The position numbers and the translations under genes were made by a program. The notes below the pieces were generated by a model, which ran no database searches, was not told the DNA's origin, and saw only the letters and a list, made by a program, of their open reading frames with translations. A stretch of 64,000 nucleotides of DNA from Clostridia bacterium (GTDB taxonomy: Bacteria; Bacillota; Clostridia; Oscillospirales; Acutalibacteraceae): assembly GCA_017436255.1 (NCBI GenBank), contig JAFSDK010000038.1, positions 388-64,387 of the forward strand. Reading direction: 5' to 3'. Positions 25,786 to 36,713 of this stretch are shown in pieces (position 1 is the stretch's first letter; every line of letters starts with the position of its first letter).

Positions 25786-26850
25786 TTATTTATTGAAGAT
25801 ATCAAGTACATTCATTGTATCGGTATATGTATCATCTTCTTCAGAAGAGTTAGACATAAGTTCACTTACAAAGTCTTTCTTTTCTTCTTTCTTTTCATTA
25901 CCAAGACCGGTAGCAACAACTGTTACGCGGATAGTATCCTCAAGTGTCTCATCAAGCTGAGCACCCCAAATAATTGTTGCATCAGGATGAGCCATTTCAG
26001 AGATGATAGAAGAAGCAAGTTCAACCTCTTCAAGACCGATATCTTCAGAACCTGTAATGCTAATGATAACGCCACGAGCATTGTCCATAGATGTTTCGAT
26101 AAGCGGGCTTGTGATAGCAGCGCGAGCAGCCTGTTCAGCCTTGTCTCTACCAGTAGCAACACCAACACCCATATGAGCATAACCGGCATCGGTCATGATA
26201 GCGCTAACATCTGCGAAGTCGAGGTTAACAAGAGCAGTAACGTTAATGAGTTCAGAGATGCTCTGTACGCCCTGACGAAGAACGTCATCAGCAATATCAA
26301 ATGCATTTTTGAAGGTAATCTTCTGCTCGGAAACATACTTTAAGCGGTCATTAGGGATAACTACAAGGCTATCAACGTGTTCACGTAATGCAGCAATACC
26401 TGCTTCAGCCTGAGTCATTCTCTTCTTACCTTCAAAGCCGAAGGGCTTTGTAACAATACCAACAGTAAGAATGCCAAGTTCCTTAGCAATCTGTGCAACA
26501 ACAGGAGCAGCACCAGTACCGGTACCACCGCCCATACCTGCGGTAATAAAAATCATATCAGCACTGCCAATAGCAGCCTTGATTTCATCCTTAGATTCCT
26601 CAGCAGCGGTTCTACCCTTATCAGGATTTGCGCCCGCACCCATACCATTGGTAGACTTGGTACCAATCTGAACCTTTTGTGAAGCTTTAGAAAGATATAG
26701 AGCTGCCTTATCTGTATTTATCGCAATAAATTCAACACCACGAACACCGGCATCAACCATGCGGTTTACTGCGTTACCGCCGCCACCGCCGACACCTACA
26801 ACTTTAATTTGAACAACATCGTCCAATTCATTTGAAACTTCAAATGCCAT
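25786..26850 (-). CDS. ftsZ: Cell division GTPase FtsZ
   Basis: [24 protein letters not shown]. Start at MAFEV with GGTGGAGG upstream. Confidence 0.95.
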   Translation of the reverse strand: MAFEVSNELDDVVQIKVVGVGGGGGNAVNRMVDAGVRGVEFIAINTDKAALYLSKASQKVQIGTKSTNGMGAGANPDKGRTAAEESKDEIKAAIGSADMIFITAGMGGGTGTGAAPVVAQIAKELGILTVGIVTKPFGFEGKKRMTQAEAGIAALREHVDSLVVIPNDRLKYVSEQKITFKNAFDIADDVLRQGVQSISELINVTALVNLDFADVSAIMTDAGYAHMGVGVATGRDKAEQAARAAITSPLIETSMDNARGVIISITGSEDIGLEEVELASSIISEMAHPDATIIWGAQLDETLEDTIRVTVVATGLGNEKKEEKKDFVSELMSNSSEEDDTYTDTMNVLDIFNK

Positions 26851-26975
26851 CTTAAATTCCTCCACCTTAAACTTTATTTTAATGCATGAATACACACTTT
26901 GCGTATATTAACATATAAATCATATCACAATAGTTTACAAATTTCAATAGTAAAATTTACAAAATTGTAATTTTT

Positions 26976-27776
26976 TTAAAAAATGTTACATGGCTCATAA
27001 TAAGCACGTTGATTTTTATTTGTCCAAGCACTTAAATCTATGCGTCCCATAGTATCTTTTCCATTTTTTTCAATAATTTTATCAACCATACCATTCAGGT
27101 GTGCAATCTTTCCATCCAGATTGCTAACAGTTCCAAACTCAACAATAAATCTATTATCAATCAAAATTTTTACGCTATTTTCATTACTTATGTCAATGTA
27201 CCCTATTGATAAATCGTCGGAAGATAATTTTGAATGTATCATTTTAACATTCTTAAAATCATTTTCATCCATTAAGACACTTTCACCTAAATTAATATCT
27301 AATTTTTTATTAGTCTTAATAAGTGTCGTGCTTTCAGGTTGTGTAGTAAACTTTGAAAGAACTTTATTATCTTCATCAGCAGTATAATACATACTTTTAT
27401 GTTCGTAGCAAAAAACGTCAGTCGTTTCAGTCACAATAATTTCAAGTGTAGCTTCAGGGAAAATATTCCTTCTTAACTCAACCGATTTAATATATGGCAG
27501 GTCAAGCGTGAGAATATTCTCTATATCTTTTTGTGAAATACTGTACAACTTGTCCCCGAGTGATAACTTGCTAGAATCAATTACCTCTTTTGACATATAA
27601 ATTGTATTACCTGTAACATTAATATGCTCTATGGGGAATAATACTGTGTAGGATAAAATCCCTATCGCAAGTGCAATTAAAATTAAAATAGAAATGGCAA
27701 AAACCACCGCACGTGCTTTACTGCGGTGTTTCTTAGCCGTTTTTTCATTTCTTGAATCAACTTCCCTAATTTCCAT
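26976..27776 (-). CDS. ftsQ: Cell division protein FtsQ/DivIB
   Basis: Single TM helix followed by a POTRA-like region (IEHINVTGN); dcw position. Confidence 0.7.
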   Translation of the reverse strand: MEIREVDSRNEKTAKKHRSKARAVVFAISILILIALAIGILSYTVLFPIEHINVTGNTIYMSKEVIDSSKLSLGDKLYSISQKDIENILTLDLPYIKSVELRRNIFPEATLEIIVTETTDVFCYEHKSMYYTADEDNKVLSKFTTQPESTTLIKTNKKLDINLGESVLMDENDFKNVKMIHSKLSSDDLSIGYIDISNENSVKILIDNRFIVEFGTVSNLDGKIAHLNGMVDKIIEKNGKDTMGRIDLSAWTNKNQRAYYEPCNIF

Positions 27777-27780
27777 TTTA

Positions 27781-29034
27781 CTATACCCTTTTTATATCGG
27801 CACCTAAATTACTAAAGCACCTTTCTATATTTTCATAACCTCTGTCAATATGATAAACATTATCAATCTCGGTAATACCTTCTGCCGCCAAAGCCGCAAC
27901 AACCAATGCGGCGCCTCCACGTAAGTCAGTGGCTGCCGTTTTAGCGCCCATAAATTTTTTACAACTCTCAACTAATGCTACGTTTGAGTAGGTTCTGATT
28001 TTTGCACCTAGGCGTTTTAATTCATCAATATATTTAAATCTGTTTTGAAATATGTTTTCAATAAATAAAGTAGACGAATCTGCAAGCGCCAACATTGTTA
28101 AAATTGGTGGACCGGCATCGGTTGGAAAGCCGGGATAAACCATGGTTTTTATCATAGGTACCGAGAGCAAACGTTTATTTCTTTCAATAGTAATTTCTTC
28201 ATCCCCTACAGAAAGAACACAACCACACTCATTAAAAATACTTAATGTAGCTCTCATATGCTCAGGATTTACCTTTTTAACATTAACCTTACTACCTGTT
28301 ACTGCTGCCGCAGCAAGATAGGTAGCCACTTCAATACGGTCAGGTATTACATAATGTTCGGCAGGTCCTATTTTATCAACGCCAACAATTCGTACAGTAT
28401 CGTTGCCTGCACCAAAAATATTAGCGCCGCATTTGTTAAGAAATTCGGCTAAATCAACAATTTCAGGCTCTTTAGCCGCATTGTGAATTACCGTTTCTCC
28501 CTTAGCTAAAACAGCGGCAAGAATTATATTTTCGGTAGCACCTACACTTGGAAACTGAAGCGTAATATCATTACCGATAATGCCATCGATAGCACTACAT
28601 TTTAAGAAACCGTGTTCTTCTTCAATTGTTACTCCCATTTTTTTTAGCGCCGAAATATGTAGGTCAATAGGTCTTGGCCCCAACTCACAACCGCCCGGAC
28701 TACTGACTATTGCGCCCCCCGTGCGACCGATTATAGCACCTAAAAATACAATTGATGAACGCATCTCACGCATAAGATCATCAGGTATTTCATTTTTGGT
28801 TACTACCGATGAATTAACTGTAACGGTATTACCTTCTCGTTTACAGTAGCAACCAAGATAGTTTAAAATCTTGATAGCAGCATCAACGTCAGATAAATTG
28901 GGACAATTATGTAATACGCTTTCACCTTTGCACAACAATGTTGCCGCCAAAAGTGGTAATGCACTATTTTTGGCACCATGTGCCAAAATGGTGCCATCAA
29001 TTTTTCTGCCACCCGAAATCACTAATTTTGACAC
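27781..29034 (-). CDS. murA: UDP-N-acetylglucosamine 1-carboxyvinyltransferase
   Basis: MSKLVISGGRKIDGTILAHGAKNSALPLLAA; active-site loop SSPGGCELGPRPID. Confidence 0.9.
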   Translation of the reverse strand: MSKLVISGGRKIDGTILAHGAKNSALPLLAATLLCKGESVLHNCPNLSDVDAAIKILNYLGCYCKREGNTVTVNSSVVTKNEIPDDLMREMRSSIVFLGAIIGRTGGAIVSSPGGCELGPRPIDLHISALKKMGVTIEEEHGFLKCSAIDGIIGNDITLQFPSVGATENIILAAVLAKGETVIHNAAKEPEIVDLAEFLNKCGANIFGAGNDTVRIVGVDKIGPAEHYVIPDRIEVATYLAAAAVTGSKVNVKKVNPEHMRATLSIFNECGCVLSVGDEEITIERNKRLLSVPMIKTMVYPGFPTDAGPPILTMLALADSSTLFIENIFQNRFKYIDELKRLGAKIRTYSNVALVESCKKFMGAKTAATDLRGGAALVVAALAAEGITEIDNVYHIDRGYENIERCFSNLGADIKRV

Positions 29035-29099
29035 TTATTAACACCTCACATATAGAGTTAAATATCTCACTCTCATACTATGTGAAGTTTTCAAAAATG

Positions 29100-30215
29100 T
29101 TATTGTTTTATTTCCAAAAGCGAAGAAATCACGCCGTAAATACGCTCATTTGCATCAGTAATTGCAGATTTTTTAGCATTTAAGCACATTTGTTCAATAA
29201 GGTTTTTATCGTTTGAAAGTTTCTCAAAGATTTTAATTAAACTTTCACCGCTCAAATCTTTTTCTTCAATAATTTCTGCGGCCCCCACATTTTTAAGGGT
29301 CATAGCATTATGGTATTGATGATTTTCTGCTACATAAGGTGACGGAATCAAAATTGAAGCCTTTCCGCATGCCTGTAATTCACTAAGGGTAATTGCGCCT
29401 GCACGACAAATCACAACATCGGCCGCAGCCATACAAACGTCCATATCGTAGATATATTCTCTAACTTCAATATCACTTGAAAGATTAATATCAGAAAGCG
29501 ATGCCATCATACCCTCATATCCAACCTTGCCGGTACCATGAATATGACGATATTTGCCACTACCATTATGCCATTTAATAAGCTGGCTAACCGACTCGTT
29601 AATAGCACGGGCACCAAGGCTACCGCCAAACGATAAAATTAACGGCTTATCCCCTACGCCAAGTTTCTTTCTTGCATCTTCACGTGAAACGTTAAGTAGC
29701 GCCTGACGTACAGGATTGCCTGTAATTACAGGTTTATTCTTCAAATTAAGATGCTTTTCTGCCTCGGGCATAGCAAGCATTACACAATCGGCACCCGGTG
29801 CTAACATCTTAGTAGTTACTCCGGGAAATGCATTTTGCTCATGAATTGCTGTTTTTATGCCAAGTTTTTGTGCCTCGCGCAAGACAGGACCACTAACGTA
29901 ACCGCCAGTACCAATTACAAGGTCGGGGTTTAAGGTTTTAAGTATATTTTTAGCCTTTATTGATGACGTTACTGCCTTAATGGCGGCAGAAACGTTTCTT
30001 GCGATATTTTTAGGGGTTAATTTACGCTGAAAACCCGCAACGTCAATTGTGTAAAAATCATATCCGCATTCGGGTACAAGTTTAGCCTCAAGTTTATTGG
30101 CAGTACCAATATAACTAATTTTAGCATCGGGATGTTTTTCTTTTACGTACCCTGCTATTGCCAAAGCAGGATTTATGTGTCCGGCAGTACCGCCTCCGGC
30201 AAAAAGAATATGCAT
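29100..30215 (-). CDS. murG: Lipid II GlcNAc transferase MurG
   Basis: MHILFAGGGTAGHINPALA; 371 aa. Confidence 0.9.
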   Translation of the reverse strand: MHILFAGGGTAGHINPALAIAGYVKEKHPDAKISYIGTANKLEAKLVPECGYDFYTIDVAGFQRKLTPKNIARNVSAAIKAVTSSIKAKNILKTLNPDLVIGTGGYVSGPVLREAQKLGIKTAIHEQNAFPGVTTKMLAPGADCVMLAMPEAEKHLNLKNKPVITGNPVRQALLNVSREDARKKLGVGDKPLILSFGGSLGARAINESVSQLIKWHNGSGKYRHIHGTGKVGYEGMMASLSDINLSSDIEVREYIYDMDVCMAAADVVICRAGAITLSELQACGKASILIPSPYVAENHQYHNAMTLKNVGAAEIIEEKDLSGESLIKIFEKLSNDKNLIEQMCLNAKKSAITDANERIYGVISSLLEIKQ

Positions 30216-30230
30216 ATGTGACTCCTTAAA

Positions 30231-31379
30231 TTATAATTTTTGTAGACTTGATTGACGTGATATTGACAGCACAATTCCCATCTGCGCCAACAAAATAACA
30301 AGTGAAGTGCCGCCGTAACTAAAGAACGGTAAACTAATACCGGTATTAGGTAACGTATTGGTAACAACCAGTATGTTGAGTATTGCTTGTAATCCCACCT
30401 GAAATGTAAGACCTACTGCCAATAATGAGCCAAACTTGTCGGGTGCTTTAAGCGCTATTGTAAACCCACGCCAAACAAGCGCACAGAAAAGTAAAATTAT
30501 TACCGTTGCACCAATAAGACCAAGTTCCTCACAAACTATTGAGAAAATGAAGTCATTGTGTGGCTCGGGTACCCAAAGGTATTTTTGGCGTGACTGACCG
30601 ATACCTCTACCCATAATGCCGCCTGAACCGATCGCAAGCAAGGACTGAATGGTTTGATAGCCAAGTCCCGACGCATCTGCCCACGGGTCTATCCAATATT
30701 TAATACGATCGCTACCATAACCGATTATGCCGGAAAAATAAGCAATTAGTCCAAGTGCTACAACGGTTACTGAACCACCGATTATATATTTAGCTGAAAG
30801 ACCACCAACAATCATTAAAACAACGCCTATAAGAAGTATCAAAAGCGTCGCCGATATATGTGGTTCCAAAACAACTAAAACACAAATAGCCGCCAATAAA
30901 AACACTAAAAACAGTATAAATTTAAATTTATCCATCAGTTTATAATTTACCGATATTAGATGTGAAAAAAGCACTACAATTGAAAATTTTGCAATTTCCG
31001 ACGGTTGAAAACTGAACGAGCCGATTGCCAGCCAACGTTTAACATCCATATTAGGCATCATCGGCGGCATAATTAAAAGAAATGCCAGCATTGCAATACA
31101 AAGTGCATATAGAATCCAAGAGAATTTTTTGTAAATATGATAATCAATTCTCGAAGTAATAAACATAGCAATTAAGCCAACTGCCGCAAATATCGTTTGT
31201 CTTAAAATAAAATGAAAACTGTTTTCGTAATAGGTATACGAAAAAGCATAGCTCGCAGAAAATAACATAACAAGACCAATGGTCAGTAGTATAAGAACAA
31301 AGCTTAAAAAAGCAATATCTATTTTACCTTGGCTTAGTTTAATTTTATTTGGTTTATCTTCACTAACCTTACGAGCCAT
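30231..31379 (-). CDS. ftsW: SEDS peptidoglycan polymerase FtsW/SpoVE
   Basis: 10-TM SEDS pattern; PEPHNDFIFS, LPFFSYGGTS. Confidence 0.85.
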   Translation of the reverse strand: MARKVSEDKPNKIKLSQGKIDIAFLSFVLILLTIGLVMLFSASYAFSYTYYENSFHFILRQTIFAAVGLIAMFITSRIDYHIYKKFSWILYALCIAMLAFLLIMPPMMPNMDVKRWLAIGSFSFQPSEIAKFSIVVLFSHLISVNYKLMDKFKFILFLVFLLAAICVLVVLEPHISATLLILLIGVVLMIVGGLSAKYIIGGSVTVVALGLIAYFSGIIGYGSDRIKYWIDPWADASGLGYQTIQSLLAIGSGGIMGRGIGQSRQKYLWVPEPHNDFIFSIVCEELGLIGATVIILLFCALVWRGFTIALKAPDKFGSLLAVGLTFQVGLQAILNILVVTNTLPNTGISLPFFSYGGTSLVILLAQMGIVLSISRQSSLQKL

Positions 31380-31401
31380 AAGTATCTCCTAGTAAAAAAA
31401 T

Positions 31402-32412
31402 TTATATTAAAAGCAAAATTGCGATTGCCGAAGTAATAACAGTCACTAAAGAGAAAATTGTAACAATTTTCCCCTCGGACCAACCAGATAATTCAAAATG
31501 ATGATGTATAGGACTCATTTTAAAGAGTCTTTTCTTTGTCTTTTTAAAATATACAACCTGTAATATAACCGAGAAAGCTTCAATCAAATAAACAATACCA
31601 ATAAGTAACAATAAAATTGGGCAACCTACGCCATAAGACAGTGCTACTACTGCACCACCCAAGAACATAGAACCTGTATCACCCATAAATACCTTTGCGG
31701 GATGAGCATTCCATAAAACAAAGCCCGCACAACCGCCTGCAACAGCGGCGGCGATAGTGTTGTATCCGATATTTTGCAAGAAACCCGCAGACAACATAAA
31801 ACCGCAACACACAACCAATGTAACGGTTGACGCTAAACCATCAATACCATCGGTCAAATTTACTGCGTTAGTGAAACCATAAATAAAGAAAAGTGAAATA
31901 GGCCAAAAAATTAAACCAATACCCTCTGTAACAGTAACGTTACCGATAAATGGAATCCATGTAGTATTATATCCCGATAACCACAGCGCTAATAGATAGC
32001 CAGCCGCAACTAAAAACTGAAGAAATGTTTTTTGCCTTGCGGTGAGTCCTAAATTGCGTTTTTTAACAACCTTAATATAATCGTCGATAAATCCGATAAA
32101 ACCCATACCCAAAGCCAACACAATACCGGATACAAACTTTGTAATTTGTCCGTCAATTTTAAAGTTGGTGAATAAGGCACCACCATAAATAAAGGATGCG
32201 ATAATTGAAACAATTATGCCGACTATTACGCCAAAAATAATCATAACGCCACCCATCGTGGGGGTGCCTTGCTTACTAGCGTGCCACTTAGGTCCTATAT
32301 CAAGTATTGTTTGACCAAACTTTAGTTTATGCAAATAAGGTATTACCACTTTACCCGAAATGGCGCATACCAAAAATGCAATAAAAGCGGCAATAATCGG
32401 TGAAAATTCCAT
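31402..32412 (-). CDS. mraY: Phospho-N-acetylmuramoyl-pentapeptide transferase
   Basis: NAVNLTDGIDGLA, GDTGSMFLGG. Start moved to MEFSP (AAGGAG upstream). Confidence 0.9.
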   Translation of the reverse strand: MEFSPIIAAFIAFLVCAISGKVVIPYLHKLKFGQTILDIGPKWHASKQGTPTMGGVMIIFGVIVGIIVSIIASFIYGGALFTNFKIDGQITKFVSGIVLALGMGFIGFIDDYIKVVKKRNLGLTARQKTFLQFLVAAGYLLALWLSGYNTTWIPFIGNVTVTEGIGLIFWPISLFFIYGFTNAVNLTDGIDGLASTVTLVVCCGFMLSAGFLQNIGYNTIAAAVAGGCAGFVLWNAHPAKVFMGDTGSMFLGGAVVALSYGVGCPILLLLIGIVYLIEAFSVILQVVYFKKTKKRLFKMSPIHHHFELSGWSEGKIVTIFSLVTVITSAIAILLLI

Positions 32413-32425
32413 TTGTAAAACTCCT

Positions 32426-33850
32426 TTACTGCTCAAGACATTCTCTGATGATTTCACGCTCATCGAGATGTATTTTACCGGTACTTAAAATCTGATAGGT
32501 TTCATGACCCTTACCGGCTAATACAATTATATCATTTTTTCCTGCAGTTGCAATCGCAAATTTTACTGCTTCTTCCCTGTTTTCAATAATTTTGTATTTT
32601 TTTCTTCCATCTTTAATTCCCGAAACTATATCATTAATTATAGACATAGGGTCTTCACTTCTGGGATTATCGCTTGTGATAATTACAAAATCAGCAAGTC
32701 GTGTCGCAATTTCACCCATAATAGGACGTTTTGTTTTATCACGATCACCGCCACAACCGAAAACAACCACTAAACGACATTCGCGATATTCTTTAAAAGT
32801 ATTTAATATATTTTCAAGACCATCAGGCGTATGCGCATAATCAATTATTACCGTAAAATCGCGATTTGTAGGTACTACCTCAGCACGACCTTTAACACCG
32901 TGCATTTCTAATAATGCCGAAGATATAACCGACATATCTATGCCAAGTTCAATAGCACACGCTGCTGCACAAAGTGAATTGTAAACTGTAAATTTACCAC
33001 CTGTGCCAACGCGTATTTTGTTTATAAAATTATATCCAACCATTTGGTACTTAACAGAATCAGGTTTATAGAAAATTTCTTTAGCTGTATAGGTTGACAT
33101 GTCTTGCTTGACAGAATATGAAACTACCTTACCGGTTAAACTGTCTATCAATTTTTTGCCGTAAACATCATCAAAATTCACTACGGCCGTCTTGCTCATT
33201 TTAAATAATTTCGATTTCGCAACGAAATAGTTTTCCATTGTCAAATGATAATCAAGATGGTCTTGCGTAAGGTTTGTAAAAGCAGCAACTTCAAAAGTTA
33301 GATTATGAACCCTTTTTTGGTCAAGAGCATGTGAAGAAACCTCCATAACTGCATACTGACAGCCCTCGTCAACCATCTGTGCTAATAATGCATTTAACTC
33401 ATATGCACCCGGAGTAGTATTATTTGATGAAATAATCTTATCACCTACCATATTTTGTATGGTACCAATAACACCAACCTTATTACCTGATTTTTCAAGA
33501 ATTGCTTTAAGCATATAAACTACTGACGTTTTGCCGTTTGTACCCGTAACACCAATAAGTTTAATCTTATCGGCAGGGCTACCAAACCAACGAGCGCTCA
33601 TTTCTGCGTAAACAGCATGCGTATCATCAACTACAATTTGATTGGCAAGCCCTAAATCACGCTCACTAACAATAACTACTGCACCGTTTTCAACCGCTGA
33701 CTTAGCAAATTTATGCCCATCTAAGTTCGTACCATTTATGCAAATAAACGCAAAACCCGTCTGCACCTCTTTAGAATTGCAGGTCATACCTGTTATTTCT
33801 ATGTTATTAAGCTTACTTTCAATATTTGGTAACAATTCCCTAAGTTTCAT
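32426..33850 (-). CDS. murE: UDP-MurNAc-L-Ala-D-Glu:meso-DAP ligase MurE
   Basis: GVTGTNGKTS P-loop; a DNPR motif (TSDNPRSEDP) indicating meso-DAP specificity. Confidence 0.85.
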   Translation of the reverse strand: MKLRELLPNIESKLNNIEITGMTCNSKEVQTGFAFICINGTNLDGHKFAKSAVENGAVVIVSERDLGLANQIVVDDTHAVYAEMSARWFGSPADKIKLIGVTGTNGKTSVVYMLKAILEKSGNKVGVIGTIQNMVGDKIISSNNTTPGAYELNALLAQMVDEGCQYAVMEVSSHALDQKRVHNLTFEVAAFTNLTQDHLDYHLTMENYFVAKSKLFKMSKTAVVNFDDVYGKKLIDSLTGKVVSYSVKQDMSTYTAKEIFYKPDSVKYQMVGYNFINKIRVGTGGKFTVYNSLCAAACAIELGIDMSVISSALLEMHGVKGRAEVVPTNRDFTVIIDYAHTPDGLENILNTFKEYRECRLVVVFGCGGDRDKTKRPIMGEIATRLADFVIITSDNPRSEDPMSIINDIVSGIKDGRKKYKIIENREEAVKFAIATAGKNDIIVLAGKGHETYQILSTGKIHLDEREIIRECLEQ

Positions 33851-33869
33851 TTTCGAACCTTTCTCTATG

Positions 33870-36128
33870 CTAATCGGCGATATTATCCGCCTTTGTATCT
33901 CTAAAATATACTGTTATTACGCTACCCGTGTTAACTTTTTCACCCACAGGTATACTTTGTTTATACGCTACCACTGTAGATGATGACGTATTGCCCGCAA
34001 ATTGAATATTTAATCCTGCATTTACGGCAGTAGCATTGGCAGCCGAAACGCTTAAATTAGTAAAATCAGGCACCGTAGTTTGTGTAACCTGCTCGTTATC
34101 CTTTTCGGTATACAGTAGTACAATACCACCCGAATGAAGCGACTCGGTAGATGCAGGTATTTGATTAACCACCTTATCACCATTACCGATAATTTTGTAA
34201 TTAAGTTTAGCATTATTTACCTTACCCTTAGCAACGGTTAACGTATCGCCTATTACGTAAGGAACGCTAATTGATAACGCCGCCAATTCCTTATCGGTAT
34301 ATGTTGGCTCATATCCAAGATACGGTAAAACCTCCGCAAGTATTTCTGCACCAATGGGTGCCGAAACCGCCGAGCCATAATATTGACCGGCACTTGGTTC
34401 GTCTATCATTACAAGTACCGCAATTTCGGGTTCATCAGCAGGTGCTACTGCAAGATATGACGCAATATATAAATCCTTACCATCGTTTAAAATAGTTTCT
34501 GATACCTTTTGTGAGGTGCCTGTTTTACCGCCTGTTTTGTAACCTGCAACGTACATATTTTTAGTGCTGCTTTCACTTACAACAGCGCCCATCATTTGAC
34601 GAATAACCTTTGAAGTTGACTCGGATATAACCTGTCTTTTAACAGTTTTGCCAACCGATTTAACAATTTTTCCTTCACTATCAATTTGCTTGCTTACGAT
34701 ATGTGGTTGTACTAAGTATCCACCGTTAACTGCAGCAGAAATTGCGGTAATCATCTGTATCGGAGTAATTTGGAATGTTTGGCCAAATGACGACGAAGCA
34801 AGTTCAACTGTTCCCATATTTTCTTTAGAGTGATAAACCGAATTTGATTCACCCGGCAAATCGATTCCGGTCTTTTTGGTAAGGCCAAACGATTCAAAAT
34901 ATTTTGCAAATGTTGACGTTCCTATCAATTGACCCACCATAATATACGCAGGATTGCAAGAATTAACCATTGTTTCTATAAAATTTTGGGTTCCATGTCC
35001 GCCACGTTTATGGCAATGATACTTTTGACCCGCAATATTTATTGCATAGTTACACGTGAACGACGATTTAGTGGTAACAAGATTTTCTTCTAAAGCTATG
35101 GCTGCGGTAATAACTTTAAAAACCGAACCGGGCTCATATGTGTCAGAAACTGCCTTGTTTCGCCATTGCTTGTTTTGCAGTGTTGATTTAAGTTGATTTT
35201 TCTTAGCCTCATCTAGCTCAGAATCAACCTTTACTTGATCGTCTTCGGATAGTGTAAATGGTTTATTGGGATCGAAATCCCCTTTAATGGCCATTGCCAA
35301 TATTTCGGCTGTGTTTACATTCATAACAATACAAGCACCACGATTTTGTGCTTTATTTGCGGCCACACCTTCTTCAAGATACTTCTCGGCAATATACTGA
35401 ATGTAATTGTCAATCGTAAGCACTAAAGAATTGCCGGCAACCGCCTCTTCTACTCTCTCATAGGTAAATCTCATATTTGTGCCTTGCGCACTCTTAGCCG
35501 CAACTACACGCCCGGCAACACCGGTTAAATCACTATTGTAGTAACTCTCAATACCTGATAAGCCTTGATTATCGCTTCCCACAAAGCCAAGCACAACCGA
35601 CGCCAAGTTTTCATTCGGATAATATCTCTTGGTTGTTTCGTCAAGACCAATATATGAAGATAATTCTAAGTCCTCATTATCTGTAATAAACTCACGCACT
35701 TTATCGGCTTGACTTTTATCTACTTGCTTTTTTACGATAACGTAATAGGTGTTTTTCTCAGTATAACCGTATACTTTTTCACGCTCAACGTCTAATATAC
35801 GTGAAAGTCCGTCCGCAATTGTATTTTTTACAACTTCGCGCTCAGCCACATCATCAATTTTAAAAATACCATTGGGTGTTATATAAACCGTCCATGCCGT
35901 AGCACTAGTTGCCAATAAATTCATATTTTTATCATAAATATTTCCTCGAGGGGCGCTTAACAAAGTATCATACAATTGTTGCTCAAGAGCCAAATTTTGA
36001 TACTTCTCACCATTAATTACCGAAATGTTTACAAGGCTGGCCACAGATGAGCCAACCGTTAATATAACAACCGCAAGAAGTGTGATAAATATGCGCTTTA
36101 CCATCTTTTTGGTCAGTTTATCATTCAT
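33870..36128 (-). CDS. Class B penicillin-binding protein (FtsI/SpoVD/PBP2B type) with C-terminal PASTA domains
   Basis: SVFK, SCN and KTGT motifs; two PASTA-like repeats at the C-terminus. Confidence 0.85.
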   Translation of the reverse strand: MNDKLTKKMVKRIFITLLAVVILTVGSSVASLVNISVINGEKYQNLALEQQLYDTLLSAPRGNIYDKNMNLLATSATAWTVYITPNGIFKIDDVAEREVVKNTIADGLSRILDVEREKVYGYTEKNTYYVIVKKQVDKSQADKVREFITDNEDLELSSYIGLDETTKRYYPNENLASVVLGFVGSDNQGLSGIESYYNSDLTGVAGRVVAAKSAQGTNMRFTYERVEEAVAGNSLVLTIDNYIQYIAEKYLEEGVAANKAQNRGACIVMNVNTAEILAMAIKGDFDPNKPFTLSEDDQVKVDSELDEAKKNQLKSTLQNKQWRNKAVSDTYEPGSVFKVITAAIALEENLVTTKSSFTCNYAINIAGQKYHCHKRGGHGTQNFIETMVNSCNPAYIMVGQLIGTSTFAKYFESFGLTKKTGIDLPGESNSVYHSKENMGTVELASSSFGQTFQITPIQMITAISAAVNGGYLVQPHIVSKQIDSEGKIVKSVGKTVKRQVISESTSKVIRQMMGAVVSESSTKNMYVAGYKTGGKTGTSQKVSETILNDGKDLYIASYLAVAPADEPEIAVLVMIDEPSAGQYYGSAVSAPIGAEILAEVLPYLGYEPTYTDKELAALSISVPYVIGDTLTVAKGKVNNAKLNYKIIGNGDKVVNQIPASTESLHSGGIVLLYTEKDNEQVTQTTVPDFTNLSVSAANATAVNAGLNIQFAGNTSSSTVVAYKQSIPVGEKVNTGSVITVYFRDTKADNIAD

Positions 36129-36156
36129 TCCGATACCTCCGTAAAAATGCTCGAAA

Positions 36157-36183
36157 ACGAGAGTTAAAAATTTTAACTCTCGT
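36157..36183 (-). terminator. 13-bp perfect hairpin between ftsL and the PBP gene (attenuator, processing site or binding site)
   Basis: ACGAGAGTTAAAA-A-TTTTAACTCTCGT; on the minus strand it is followed by TTTTCGAGCATTTTT. Confidence 0.4.
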
Positions 36184-36229
36184 GTCGTAATAATATAATT
36201 ATATGTACATTACCTTTGTGATAATTCTT

Positions 36230-36697
36230 TTATTCATCAGAAACTACCCTATCACCCGCTGAAGTAATAGCAGCATCTTTATTATTAACCTGAATATAAA
36301 CAACCTGGTTTTTATCCATTTTTTTCATGCCAAGTGCCGTTGCGGCGTTACCAAGGTTATTGTAAGAAACTATTTTTTCAAGTTCAACGTCTAAAGCCGT
36401 AAGCTCAGCCTCAAGTTCAACTATCTCTTCATTAATATCATTGATTTGAGAATCAACCTCGTTTATGCGCAATCTAAGGAAAATATTACCACATAAAACG
36501 CTTAAGAAGAAAACGGAAAGCAAAACAGTAACAACGCTTAAAGAAACGGTATGTGCAGCCGCTTTTTTACGTGTTTTCTTTTTTTGCGTTGTTTCAGGCA
36601 TTTTAATAACATTGTTAGTATTACTGTTTTTTTCGCGCGGCATAAACAAATCAAAATCATACGCCAAACTATCGTTGTAATACTTTACATTATCCAC
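36230..36697 (-). CDS. ftsL: FtsL-like septum formation protein
   Basis: Single TM helix plus coiled coil (INEVDSQINDINEEIVELEAELTALDVELEK); sits between rsmH and the PBP gene. Confidence 0.6.
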   Translation of the reverse strand: MDNVKYYNDSLAYDFDLFMPREKNSNTNNVIKMPETTQKKKTRKKAAAHTVSLSVVTVLLSVFFLSVLCGNIFLRLRINEVDSQINDINEEIVELEAELTALDVELEKIVSYNNLGNAATALGMKKMDKNQVVYIQVNNKDAAITSAGDRVVSDE

Positions 36698-36713
36698 CTT
36701 GTTTTCCCCTTTT

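Noticed and set aside
25685-25960. 91-aa plus-strand ORF overlapping the 3-prime end of ftsZ
   Set aside because: It starts inside the tiny Cys-rich ORF in another frame and runs antisense into ftsZ across a terminator hairpin. It has no SD.
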